Origin: an uncultured Dehalococcoidia bacterium
GTDB taxonomy: Bacteria > Chloroflexota > Dehalococcoidia > Lucifugimonadales > JAGWBF01
Assembly: GCA_964457285.1 (NCBI GenBank)
Contig: CAYWGG010000002.1
Coordinates: 7,542 to 47,013 of the forward strand
DNA: 39,472 bases
Reading direction: 5' to 3'
Part shown: positions 8,165-17,264 of the stretch, piece by piece
How the letters are laid out: each line of letters starts with the position of its first letter
Numbering within the stretch: the first letter of the stretch is position 1
Notes under the pieces: model-generated
Databases searched by the model: none
What the model was told of the DNA's origin: nothing
Seen by the model: the letters and a program-made list of their open reading frames with translations, nothing else
Program-made: the position numbers and the translations under genes

Positions 8165-9925
8165 ATGGCAAGAAGAAGGAGTTCAAGTAGAGAGCACAAT
8201 CAGGAGCTGGCGGCTTTACGCCATAGGATGCGCCACTCTGCTTCCCATGTGATGGCCGATGCGGTGCTTCAGCTTTTCCCCGAAGCTAAAATAGGTATCG
8301 GCCCTCCGACAGAGGAGGGCTTCTATTACGACTTCCAGGTGTCCAGGCCCTTTACTCCTCAGGACCTGGAGCGCATCGAAGCGATAATGAGGGAGACGGT
8401 ATCAGGAGACTTCCCCTTTCAGAAGGGGATCATAGATAGGAAGGAAGCCAGAGAGCTTTTCAGAGACCAGCCTTACAAGCTTGAGCTTATTGATGAAATA
8501 CCTCCCGATGAGCCTCTCAGCACCTACAGCCAAGGCAGGTTTGTGGACCTGTGCCAGGGGCCTCATGTGGAGTCCACCGGCAAAATCTCCGCCCTCAAAC
8601 TCCTGACGGTGGCTGGAGCCTACTGGCGCGGAGATGAGCGCCGCCCCATGCTTCAGCGCATCTACGGCACAGCCTTCGAGAGCACCGAAGCGTTGGAAGG
8701 ATACCTCAAGCTGCTGGAAGAGGCCGAGAAGCGAGACCATCGCGGGTTGGGCCGTCAGCTTGACCTCTTTAGCGTCCACGAAGATGTAGGGCCAGGGCTT
8801 ATCATCTGGCACCCCAAAGGCGGTCGAGTCCGCACTATCATCGAGGACTACTGGCACGAGCTACACTACAGACGTGGCTACGATGTGGTCTACTCGCCCC
8901 ACCTGGGCCGCTCTCGCCTGTGGCAGACCAGCGGCCACCTGGACTTCTACCGTGAGAGCATGTACCCACCTATGGATGTAGAAGGGCAGGAGTACTATAT
9001 GAAGCCCATGAACTGCCCCTTCCATATTATGATCTACCGCTCAGCTTTGCGAAGCTATCGTGAGCTACCCCTTCGCTATGCCGAGTTGGGCACCGTCTAT
9101 CGGTATGAGCGTAGCGGGGTGCTTCACGGTCTGATGAGGGTCCGTGGCTTCACCCAGGACGACGCCCATATCTTCTGCCGCCCAGATCAGGTGGAGGAAG
9201 AGGTGCTGGGCGTCCTCGACCTCACTTTCGAGCTGCTAGACACCTTTGGTTTCAAGGATTTCGACATATCCCTTTCCACGCGCCCAGAGAAGTTCGTGGG
9301 CGAACTGGAGATGTGGGAACACGCCACCCAGTCGCTGGCTCACGCCCTGGAGACCCGAGAGCTGGACTACGATGTTGATGAGGGCGGCGGCGCTTTTTAC
9401 GGGCCTAAAATAGACATAAAGATAAAGGACGCCCTTGGCAGGGCCTGGCAATGCACAACGGTGCAGTTCGACTTCAACCTTCCTGAGCGTTTTGACCTCA
9501 CCTTCCAGGGCTCCGACGGCGGACAGCACCGACCTTACATGGTACACAGGGCCATCATGGGCTCTATGGAGCGTTTCCTGGGTGTTCTGATAGAGCACTA
9601 CGGCGGAGCTTTTCCTCTGTGGCTGGCCCCGGTGCAGGCTATGATCATTCCCATCGCCGACAGGCATGTGGACTATGCTCTCCAGGTCATGGATACACTG
9701 AGAGGCCAGGCCCTCCGAGTCGAGGTAGACTCCAGAAAGGAACGTATGAACCTGAAGATACGGGATGCTCAGCTACAGAAGGTGCCCTATATGCTAGTAG
9801 TGGGCGACAGCGAGATGGGACAGGGCGCCGTATCGGTGCGGCTCAGGAGCGAAGGGAACCTGGGGCTCATGGCCGTCGCCCGCTTTGTGGAGCTACTGAA
9901 AGAAGACCTGGATAAGAGAAGGTAG
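8165..9925 (+). CDS. thrS: threonine--tRNA ligase
   Basis: 586 aa. Editing-domain HxxxH region (HSASHVMADAVLQLFP...GFYYDF), class II core motifs and a C-terminal anticodon-binding domain. It begins at the second N-terminal domain, so the about 60-aa TGS domain seen in E. coli ThrRS is absent. Confidence 0.95.
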   Translation: MARRRSSSREHNQELAALRHRMRHSASHVMADAVLQLFPEAKIGIGPPTEEGFYYDFQVSRPFTPQDLERIEAIMRETVSGDFPFQKGIIDRKEARELFRDQPYKLELIDEIPPDEPLSTYSQGRFVDLCQGPHVESTGKISALKLLTVAGAYWRGDERRPMLQRIYGTAFESTEALEGYLKLLEEAEKRDHRGLGRQLDLFSVHEDVGPGLIIWHPKGGRVRTIIEDYWHELHYRRGYDVVYSPHLGRSRLWQTSGHLDFYRESMYPPMDVEGQEYYMKPMNCPFHIMIYRSALRSYRELPLRYAELGTVYRYERSGVLHGLMRVRGFTQDDAHIFCRPDQVEEEVLGVLDLTFELLDTFGFKDFDISLSTRPEKFVGELEMWEHATQSLAHALETRELDYDVDEGGGAFYGPKIDIKIKDALGRAWQCTTVQFDFNLPERFDLTFQGSDGGQHRPYMVHRAIMGSMERFLGVLIEHYGGAFPLWLAPVQAMIIPIADRHVDYALQVMDTLRGQALRVEVDSRKERMNLKIRDAQLQKVPYMLVVGDSEMGQGAVSVRLRSEGNLGLMAVARFVELLKEDLDKRR

Positions 9926-9939
9926 GGCCGGAGACAGAA

Positions 9940-9968
9940 TTGACTTGCCTTTCGACCTGTGGTATATT
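9940..9968 (+). promoter_or_regulatory. sigma-70-type promoter for infC-rpmI-rplT
   Basis: TTGACT (9940-9945), a 17-nt spacer, then TGgTATATT (extended -10, hexamer 9963-9968). It lies 15 nt after the thrS stop. Confidence 0.5.
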
Positions 9969-10022
9969 CTGACCATGCCATCCCCCGATGAAAGCGCTTA
10001 AACCACGCTGGAGGTATAAGGC

Positions 10023-10595
10023 ATAGCTAGAGAATACAGGGTAAACGAGCGGATCCGTGCGCCGGAAGTGCTGGTCATAACTGAGGCAGGGGAGCAATTA
10101 GGCAAGATGTCGGTGCCCAGGGCCCTTGCGCTGGCGAGGGAACGTGGACTGGACCTGGTGGAAGTAGCTCCTACCGCAACACCCCCTGTGTGCCGCATCC
10201 TGGACTATGGAAAGCTCCGTTACCTCTATGCCAAGAGAGAAAGGGACACCAAGAAATCCCAGAAAAGCGCAGAGTTGCGAGAGGTACGCCTCCGGCCCAA
10301 CATAGGGACCCACGACTTCTCTGCCAAGGTCCGTAAGGTCAAGGAGTTTATAGAAGACGGCTCTAAAGTGAAGGTTGCCGTTATCTTTCGTGGCCGTGAG
10401 GCCACGCATCCAGAATTAGGCGTCTCCCTCCTCAGACGTGTGGCAGACCAGGTACAGGAGGGGGCGCACCCTGAGGGGCCCCCTGGCATGGAAGGCAGAG
10501 CCATGTCCATACTGCTGGCGCCAGGAGCCAGACGAGCGGAAAAGAAGATGGCAGAGGTAAAGGATGCCCAAGATAAAGACTCACAAGGGGGCTAA
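10023..10595 (+). CDS. infC: translation initiation factor IF-3, apparent non-canonical ATA start
   Basis: Translating the open frame upstream of the GTG at 10068 gives IAREYRVNERIRAPEVLVITEAGEQLG, which matches the conserved IF-3 N-terminus (xxVNExIRaxEvrlI). An in-frame TAA at 10017 limits the frame. GGAGG (10010-10014) lies 8 nt before the ATA. Confidence 0.8.
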   Translation: MAREYRVNERIRAPEVLVITEAGEQLGKMSVPRALALARERGLDLVEVAPTATPPVCRILDYGKLRYLYAKRERDTKKSQKSAELREVRLRPNIGTHDFSAKVRKVKEFIEDGSKVKVAVIFRGREATHPELGVSLLRRVADQVQEGAHPEGPPGMEGRAMSILLAPGARRAEKKMAEVKDAQDKDSQGG

Positions 10596-10764
10596 GGCCC
10601 GGTTCCATGTCACAGGATCGGGCAAGATCATGCGGCGCAAAAGGATGAGCAGCCACCTGCGCCGCAAGAAGCCCGCCGGAGTACGCCGCCAGTACGACCG
10701 CAAAATCGCCCTGAACCAGGCTGATGTCAAGCGGATCGGGCGTCTCATTCCCCACGATTTGTAA
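10564..10764 (+). CDS. rpmI: 50S ribosomal protein L35
   Basis: 66 aa, MPKIKTHKGAKARF... It overlaps the infC 3' end by 32 nt. Confidence 0.95.
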   Translation: MPKIKTHKGAKARFHVTGSGKIMRRKRMSSHLRRKKPAGVRRQYDRKIALNQADVKRIGRLIPHDL

Positions 10765-10883
10765 GTCAACTTACGCTACTTTCTTACTATCTATACTAAA
10801 GCCGAGATGAAATCTACGTAGACGACCATACCAACCTCTGCCCGTCTCATTGCAGCTTTATTCTAGCTTATTGGAGTGTCACT

Positions 10884-11264
10884 TTGACGAGAGTAAAACG
10901 TGGCGTTACCAAACGCCAGAGACACAAGAAGGTTCTATCTCTAGCCAGGGGATACCATGCCTCTTCCCACCGAAACTACAAGTGGGCGAAGGAAGCGCTG
11001 ATCCACGCATGGAGCCATGCCTACCGCCACCGACGGGAAAGAAAGGGTGACTTCCGCAGTTTGTGGATACAACGGATAGGAGCGGCTGCCAGGCAGTTGG
11101 GCCTCACCTACAGCCAGCTCATCAACGGTCTGAAGAACGCCAACGTAGAGATTAACAGGAAGATGCTGGCCGAACTGGCCGTTAGAGACCCCCAGGCTTT
11201 TGCAAAGCTGGTAGCCATCGCCCAGGAACACCAGACTACCCCAAGGACCGAGACGGCTACCTGA
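10884..11264 (+). CDS. rplT: 50S ribosomal protein L20 (TTG start)
   Basis: 126 aa, (M)[23 protein letters not shown]... GGAG lies 7 nt upstream of the TTG. Confidence 0.93.
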   Translation: MTRVKRGVTKRQRHKKVLSLARGYHASSHRNYKWAKEALIHAWSHAYRHRRERKGDFRSLWIQRIGAAARQLGLTYSQLINGLKNANVEINRKMLAELAVRDPQAFAKLVAIAQEHQTTPRTETAT

Positions 11265-11335
11265 AATCCGTTCTGGGCCTCTCGCCTTGAGGTCTTTAGC
11301 CCAAAGGGCCAGGCATTGAGTGTGTTCGGTTGAAG

Positions 11336-11369
11336 GCGCTCATAGCTAACTAATGAGCGCTTTTTCTTT
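11336..11369 (+). terminator. rho-independent terminator after rplT
   Basis: 8-bp stem gcgctcat/atgagcgc with a 9-nt loop, followed by tttttcttt. Confidence 0.75.
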
Positions 11370-11373
11370 GGCG

Positions 11374-11574
11374 CTACCGCCTGGACATGGCCAGGAGCGC
11401 ACCGATGGTGGGCACAGCTACCACTACGACCAGGCCTACGATGACAGCACCCCAGCCTTCCAGGTCGGTCTTAGCCAGAAAGATAAAGCTGATACCAAGC
11501 CCACCGCCATAGATGACAATGAAAAGCCCCGCCATCAGGGGTAGCATGAATGGAAGGGGTATGCGTCGCCTCAT
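11374..11574 (-). CDS. small membrane protein (2 predicted TM helices), last gene of the oxidase cluster
   Basis: MRRRIPLPFMLPLMAGLFIVIYGG...VIVGLVVVVAVPTIGALLA. The ATG at 11574 lies 7 nt from AAGGAGG. The ORF track opens at GTG 11601. Confidence 0.5.
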   Translation of the reverse strand: MRRRIPLPFMLPLMAGLFIVIYGGGLGISFIFLAKTDLEGWGAVIVGLVVVVAVPTIGALLAMSRR

Positions 11575-11635
11575 CAACATGCCTCCTTTCGATGGTGCCA
11601 CCGCTCAACAGCGGTCGCCGCCACTGCAACCTGAA

Positions 11636-12460
11636 TTAGCTCCTGGGACCAGTCCTCTCCCGTCGGGCCTCAGACTCCTCCTGGCTGGCCCAGATGAGAA
11701 ACACGACCACCAGGGTAAACAGAAAGAACATGCCGCCCGGGACCCACATGATAAGTCCACCAATCTGCTGGTCAGTGCTGGCCGAGATGCCCCATATCCT
11801 GGGGGCCTCTGCATACCATGAATAGAGGATACCTTTTGAGAACGTGATCACTGCACCTATGATTGACGGCAGCGTTGGCTGAAGGAACAGGTAAGCCATC
11901 TGGACGAGATAAGAGGTCCGGGGTAGCTCAGGCAAGGGGCTCAAAACCGGCCACCACATTATCACTCCGGCAGCTATTAGCATCAAGTGCTCTAAGATAT
12001 GAACGCCTCGCTCTTCCAATGCTGCGTCGTACAGGGCTGGCACATGCCAGATAGCGAACACCAGGTTGAACAGGATGAAGGCCACCACCGGAAGCGTCAG
12101 AAATTGTGCGACTCTTAGGACCCCTGGAGAGCGAAACATGGGCCGCAGCAACCACGGAGGTGTACCCAGCAGCAGCAATGGAGGTGCTACCAGCGTCAAC
12201 AGCATGTGCTGAATCATGTGGGCGCTGAGAAGATAATGGTCGCCCAACTCATGAAGTGGCGAAAGCAGGGCGATGAGGAGGACCAGCACCCCCGCCATGA
12301 AAGCTGCTATCTGCCCTCGACCGGCCTGCTCAGCCCAACCGAAACGCTGGCGCAACGGCCCGACGCCCAGCAAGTATGCCCCTGTGAGCACAACCAGCCC
12401 GGTGACTACGCTGGGGTGCCCGTGCCATACTGTCCAGGAAAATTCTACCGAGTCAAGCAT
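11636..12460 (-). CDS. ctaG: cytochrome c oxidase assembly factor CtaG (Bacillus/caa3 type)
   Basis: 274 aa polytopic membrane protein with HMIQHMLLTLVAPPLLLLG and WHVPALYD...HILEH motifs. The start overlaps the upstream stop (TAATG). Confidence 0.75.
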   Translation of the reverse strand: MLDSVEFSWTVWHGHPSVVTGLVVLTGAYLLGVGPLRQRFGWAEQAGRGQIAAFMAGVLVLLIALLSPLHELGDHYLLSAHMIQHMLLTLVAPPLLLLGTPPWLLRPMFRSPGVLRVAQFLTLPVVAFILFNLVFAIWHVPALYDAALEERGVHILEHLMLIAAGVIMWWPVLSPLPELPRTSYLVQMAYLFLQPTLPSIIGAVITFSKGILYSWYAEAPRIWGISASTDQQIGGLIMWVPGGMFFLFTLVVVFLIWASQEESEARRERTGPRS

Positions 12461-13200
12461 TACTTCTGGGCCAACAGGAATGCCACCAGGGCCTCAACCT
12501 GTTCATCCGTCAGGCCACCTGTGAGGGCCCTGGTCATCACCCCTGGAATAGATCGCTCTACACCCTGGGCAACAAAGGCTTCAGGAGTTTTGATGGACTC
12601 CCGTGTGTAGCCTTCGGCCGACATACCTGGCTTCCTGGTTGCCGCAGCCGTGCCTATATGAGTGAGGTCAGGCCCCACTTTACCAGCAGCGCCAGGTATG
12701 GTTTCAATGGTATGGCAGGCGATACACACAGCCGCCGGTGCGTTGGCTGGAGGTTTCAGGAATAGCTCCCGGCCCAATGAGACCAGGTCCACCCCAGGAG
12801 GGACAGGCGGCCTGACCCGCTCCGCCTCAGATGGCGCAGGCGGACTCGGCACAGCGACTGCTTCCTCAGCTTCTACATCCTCCCGAGGGTTAGCCACCGT
12901 CGAGAGGACCTGGAACAATGACAACAAGACCACTGCCACCGTCAGCGCCAGGAGCAGCCCACCGACAAAGACCCCGGAAAACAGGCGGCTGTCATATCTC
13001 AGGTGCATGTAGAACATCACCACCAGAGCAAACTTGGCAAGAGAGAGGATCAGAAAGAGGGGCAGGAAGGCCGGTTCAAGGGCATCTATATAGAACACGG
13101 CCACCTCTGCGGCCGTTAGAAGGGCAAGGGTCGTGGCCACCTTCAGGTATGTCAATGGAGTCGGGTGCGCCGCCTGGCGTGGTTGTGGTCTCTCAGCCAT
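12460..13200 (-). CDS. ctaF: cytochrome c oxidase subunit IV (CtaF/COX4_pro-like) fused to a C-terminal class I cytochrome c domain
   Basis: The N-terminal 100 aa (LTYLKVATTLALLTAAEVAVFY...KFALVVMFYMHLRYD) resemble prokaryotic subunit IV. A Pro/Ala linker follows. Then CIACH (12712-12726), GPDLTHIG and a distal Met (IPGVMT). Confidence 0.75.
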   Translation of the reverse strand: MAERPQPRQAAHPTPLTYLKVATTLALLTAAEVAVFYIDALEPAFLPLFLILSLAKFALVVMFYMHLRYDSRLFSGVFVGGLLLALTVAVVLLSLFQVLSTVANPREDVEAEEAVAVPSPPAPSEAERVRPPVPPGVDLVSLGRELFLKPPANAPAAVCIACHTIETIPGAAGKVGPDLTHIGTAAATRKPGMSAEGYTRESIKTPEAFVAQGVERSIPGVMTRALTGGLTDEQVEALVAFLLAQK

Positions 13201-13278
13201 ATAAATTCCCTCTTAAGCTGTGCAGAGGTTCAGTGTCCCTGCTGGTCTGATGCTTCGCCTGCTGGGGATACCGTGCGA

Positions 13279-13989
13279 TCACTTGACGCCCACACCGATT
13301 AGGTAGACCACCGCAAATATGACTATCCAGACAATGTCGACGAAGTGCCAGTACAGGGCTGCCAGGTCCACACTGAGGGCTTGCCTGTCGATGAGCTCCC
13401 TCCTGGCCCTCCGCCCACCCAGAAAAGAGTAGCCTACGATGGAGAAGAGCCAGATGACCCCTACGGTCACGTGAGCGCCGTGGAAGCCCGTCAAGGTAAA
13501 GAAGGTGCTACCGAACAGATTGGTACGTGGCGTTAAGCCATAGGGTTCTTCGTACTCCGTCACACCTGGAGGACATTTGTCCACAGGTGAAGTGGCGGTA
13601 CACTCGACGACCCTCTCGTGGTTGGCGAACTCGTAGAACTCGAAGGTCTGGAACCCCAGGAAGGTGGCGCCCAGGATACAGGTACAGAGGACCCATACCC
13701 TGAAGGCCCTGATGTCTCCCCTGTTTATGGCTGCATACCCCATCACCATAGCCATGCTACTCATGAGCAAGGCGAAGGTGCTGACGGAGGTGGTGGGTAT
13801 ATCGAAAACGTCCGCTGGGAAGGGCCCCACGAGGCTCTGGCCTCGATATACCAGATAGGTGGAGATCAGGGAGCCGAAGAACAGGCAGTCAGAGCCCAGG
13901 AATACCCACATGAGCATTTTCCGATGATTTAAGCCCGTAGTGGTCTCCTCTGCTACAGGCCCGTGACCCACCGTGTGTTGGTCGTGCAA
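13279..13989 (-). CDS. ctaE: cytochrome c oxidase subunit III (TTG start)
   Basis: 236 aa, with FFGSLISTY..., FHGAHVTVGVIW and YWHFVDIVWI motifs. Confidence 0.9.
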   Translation of the reverse strand: MHDQHTVGHGPVAEETTTGLNHRKMLMWVFLGSDCLFFGSLISTYLVYRGQSLVGPFPADVFDIPTTSVSTFALLMSSMAMVMGYAAINRGDIRAFRVWVLCTCILGATFLGFQTFEFYEFANHERVVECTATSPVDKCPPGVTEYEEPYGLTPRTNLFGSTFFTLTGFHGAHVTVGVIWLFSIVGYSFLGGRRARRELIDRQALSVDLAALYWHFVDIVWIVIFAVVYLIGVGVK

Positions 13990-14024
13990 CTTAGCAGCCC
14001 CTCCTTACTTGACAAAGGTTGTAA

Positions 14025-14122
14025 CCCTTACCCCTTGGCCCCTCAGCCCTCAACCCGACCTTCGGTCACCCTTCTCCCACGGGTGGGAGAAGGGAAGGGG
14101 ATGAGGGCAATGGGAGAGGGAC
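14025..14122. repeat. nested palindromic repeat (family B copy, degenerate) between ctaD and ctaE
   Basis: Core 11-bp stem cccttctccca/tgggagaaggg (14069-14094) inside imperfect outer arms (ccctcagccctc ... gagggactaagggtgagg). Related to the copies at 25379 and 36598. Confidence 0.7.
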
Positions 14123-14142
14123 TAAGGGTGAGGACAGGAAGT

Positions 14143-16089
14143 TCATTCGTCCTCCGGTTCCGGCCCCTCTGAGGCTCGCTCAAAGGACCAGGCGTAAATA
14201 GACGCCAGCCCTATGGCTCCTCCCACAGCGGCCAGGGCCCAGGTAAGAGTCTCGTGATATATCACTCCGTAACCCGCCATCACCATTCCCAGGGCCACCA
14301 GCACCGGATAGTAGGAAAGCCCTGGCATGTGGATTCCATGATGGCCTTCCTGGTGCTCACCGCCGTGCTCCGCCGTGCTGCTGCTTTGGCCGTGGCCCGT
14401 GGTATGCTCTCCCTGGTGGCCATTGGACGCACCCGCTACGGGAACAGGGGCGGGATGATCACCGTTACCGTACTTCTGTTCCCAGTAGGCGTCCCGGCCG
14501 TGAACCGTTGGGATAGTAGCGAAGTTGTATACCGGTGGTGGTGAAGGGATTGACCACTCCAGCGTCCTGCCGTCCCAGGGGTCGTTCCCAGCCCGTTCGC
14601 CCTTGCGCAGGCTGCGGAAAGCGTTGTGGATGAATATGAGCGTGGACGCACCGAGGAGGAACGCTCCGCCGGTGGCTACTCCATTCCACAGGTCCCACCC
14701 CATACCCGCGTCGTAGGTGTAGATACGGCGTGGCATCCCGTCCATACCCACGAAGTGCATTGGGAAGAAGGTGACATTGAACCCTATGAACATCGCCCAG
14801 AAGTGGAGCTTGCCCAGGGTGTCACTCAGCATCCGGCCCGTTATCTTGGGCCACCAGTAGTAGATGCCCGAGAAGATGGCGAAGATGCTGCCGCCGAACA
14901 GCACGTAGTGTATGTGGGCGACGATGAAATAGGTGTCCTGCTGCTGGTAATCCGAGGACGCCGCGGAGTGCATCACACCACTCAGCCCGCCTATGATGAA
15001 CAGGGCGATGAAGCCCACTGCGAAGAGCAGGGGCGTTTTTATGTTAATCGAGCCACCCCACAAGGTGGCGATCCAGTTAAAGATTTTCACTCCGGTGGGT
15101 ATTGCCACCACCATAGTGGATAGGCTGAACACCGCATTGGCGTAGGGGCCCAGGCCCACGGTGAACATGTGGTGGCTCCAGACGCCCCAACTGATGAAGC
15201 CGATGAGTATCCCCGAAAGGACCACCAGCGCATACCCAAAGAGGGGCTTGCGCGAGAAGGTGGGCAATATCTCCGAGATGATACCCATAGCAGGCAGGAT
15301 CAGGATGTACACCTCGGGATGGCCGAACACCCAGAAGAGGTGCTGCCACAGTACTGGGTTACCGCCAGCCGTCGGGTTAAAGAAGTTGGTGCCGAAGGTG
15401 CGGTCGAACAGAAGCTCGATGAGACCCACGGTGATGACGGGAAAGGCCAGGATAATCAGGAATGAGGTGACCAGGGTCATCCAGGTGAAGACGGGCAGCC
15501 GCATGAGGGACATGCCCGGCGCTCGCATATTGACGATGGTGACGATGAAGTTGAAGGCGGCGGCCATGGAGGCCGTACCCAGGACTAATAGCCCCATCAC
15601 ATAAAAGTCTACGCCGTGGCCCGGATTGTAAGTCCCTTGCGTTATAGGAGCGTAGGCGAACCATCCCACGTTGGGCGACCCACCCAGGAACCAGCCGCTG
15701 TTGAGCATGATGCCGCCGGCCAGGAATATCCAGTAGCTGAGGGCGTTGAGGCGCGGGAAGGCCACATCACGGGCGCCGATCTGTAGGGGTATGATGAAGT
15801 TGAAGAAGGCCGCTCCCAGGGGCATTATCGCCAGGAAGATCATGGTCAGGGCGTGCATGGTGAATAGCTGGCTGAAGACCTCAGGACTTACGATGTCCTG
15901 GCTCGGCCCGGCCAGTTGCGTGCGCATCATCAGCGCCTCTACGCCGGCCAGCAGGAAGAAAATGAAAGCGGTGACCCCATAGAGGACGCCGATCCTCTTA
16001 TGATCAACGGTCGTGACCCAACCCCACCACCCCTCGTAGCTGGTCGGCCGGCGCAGTGCGCCGGTTATCGCCTCGCTTATAGTTACCAT
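14143..16089 (-). CDS. ctaD: cytochrome c oxidase subunit I with C-terminal extension (His-rich segment plus 2 extra TM helices)
   Basis: 648 aa, with canonical heme-copper motifs (WFFGHPEVYILILP, HHMFTVG, HYVLFGG). Confidence 0.95.
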   Translation of the reverse strand: MVTISEAITGALRRPTSYEGWWGWVTTVDHKRIGVLYGVTAFIFFLLAGVEALMMRTQLAGPSQDIVSPEVFSQLFTMHALTMIFLAIMPLGAAFFNFIIPLQIGARDVAFPRLNALSYWIFLAGGIMLNSGWFLGGSPNVGWFAYAPITQGTYNPGHGVDFYVMGLLVLGTASMAAAFNFIVTIVNMRAPGMSLMRLPVFTWMTLVTSFLIILAFPVITVGLIELLFDRTFGTNFFNPTAGGNPVLWQHLFWVFGHPEVYILILPAMGIISEILPTFSRKPLFGYALVVLSGILIGFISWGVWSHHMFTVGLGPYANAVFSLSTMVVAIPTGVKIFNWIATLWGGSINIKTPLLFAVGFIALFIIGGLSGVMHSAASSDYQQQDTYFIVAHIHYVLFGGSIFAIFSGIYYWWPKITGRMLSDTLGKLHFWAMFIGFNVTFFPMHFVGMDGMPRRIYTYDAGMGWDLWNGVATGGAFLLGASTLIFIHNAFRSLRKGERAGNDPWDGRTLEWSIPSPPPVYNFATIPTVHGRDAYWEQKYGNGDHPAPVPVAGASNGHQGEHTTGHGQSSSTAEHGGEHQEGHHGIHMPGLSYYPVLVALGMVMAGYGVIYHETLTWALAAVGGAIGLASIYAWSFERASEGPEPEDE

Positions 16090-16163
16090 CTCACACCTCC
16101 AAGGTCACCCTTGCGCGTGTTCATGCGTATGGCTCATTATAACGCAGACCCGGCCACCTTGTC

Positions 16164-17264
16164 TCACTTCAAGCTCAACAGATAAGTAGCCAACGCCGAG
16201 ATTTCCTCGTCGGTCAACCTGGCGGCGGGGTCTGTATACACGTTGGCTAGCCGGGCCATGCGATTGCCGGGCTTTATTGCATCCGGATCACGCAGCCACT
16301 TCATGACACTCTGTCGGTTGCGCTCTATTATCCCTGCGGCCATGGTGGAGCGGGCCCCAAAATTGGTGAGATTGGGGGCCGGGAAGGCGGGAGCCCCAGC
16401 CTCAAAGGCCGCCTTTAGCGAGCGACGCACCTCTATGGGGGCTGGGCCATTGGCTGTGTGGCACAGGAGGCACCCACGGCTTGCGAACAGTGCGGCGCCC
16501 TTCGCCTCTTCCGTTTCTCGGGTGGGAGCGTGCCGCGCTGCGATCTCGTGGTATTTCGCCACCCACGCGTCAAAACCCTCCTGAGTGTCCACAAAAACGC
16601 GGAGCCTCATCTGGGCATGAGCGATGCCGCAGAACTCGGCGCACTGCCCGTAAAATATGCCTGTCTCCTCAGCCGTAAACTGCATCCAGTTCTCATTTCC
16701 GGGGATTACATCGAGCTTGCCCGCTAGCTTTGGGACCCAGAAGCTGTGAATTACATCGTCAGACCTCAGGTTAAACTTCACCTGTTTATTCACTGGGATG
16801 TGCAACTCGTTGGCGGTGACCACCTTCTGGTCTGGATACTCGAACTCCCACCACCATTGATGGCCTGTGACGTTCACCTCCAGACTCCCAGGTGGGGGTG
16901 CCTTGGCGAAGTCAAAGATGTAGATGATGGTGGGCACGGCGATAACCGCCAGCACGACAGTGGGTGCGATAGTCCATCCGATTTCCAGGGGCGTGCTGCC
17001 GTGGGTCTGGGTAGGGATCTCTTCCTGGCCCCGCTTTCTGCGATAGCGAATGACTGCATAGACAAGGATGCCTTCAACGAGGATGAAAACGGCCATCGCC
17101 ACCCAGAAGATTATGTAGAAAAGGTCGCGCTGCTTCTCCGCCACGGGGCCAGCGGGGTCGAAGGTGGACTGTGGATGCGACGGGGTGCAGCCAAACAGTA
17201 GCAGTACGGCGGCCACTGGCAGAGCTATCGCCAGGAGTTTAAGCCAAGGGAGGTTCAGTCTCAC
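16164..17264 (-). CDS. ctaC: cytochrome c oxidase subunit II with fused cytochrome c domain (caa3 type), lipoprotein signal
   Basis: 366 aa. GTG start with AAGGAG 5 nt upstream. Lipobox LLFGC, CuA site CAEFCGIAHAQM, heme c site CLLCH. Confidence 0.93.
   Translation of the reverse strand: MRLNLPWLKLLAIALPVAAVLLLFGCTPSHPQSTFDPAGPVAEKQRDLFYIIFWVAMAVFILVEGILVYAVIRYRRKRGQEEIPTQTHGSTPLEIGWTIAPTVVLAVIAVPTIIYIFDFAKAPPPGSLEVNVTGHQWWWEFEYPDQKVVTANELHIPVNKQVKFNLRSDDVIHSFWVPKLAGKLDVIPGNENWMQFTAEETGIFYGQCAEFCGIAHAQMRLRVFVDTQEGFDAWVAKYHEIAARHAPTRETEEAKGAALFASRGCLLCHTANGPAPIEVRRSLKAAFEAGAPAFPAPNLTNFGARSTMAAGIIERNRQSVMKWLRDPDAIKPGNRMARLANVYTDPAARLTDEEISALATYLLSLK

Noticed and set aside
11069-11079. DnaA-box-like tgtggatac inside rplT
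   Set aside because: It is a single 8-of-9 match within a coding region, with no cluster of boxes and no AT-rich unwinding element. There is no evidence for an origin.
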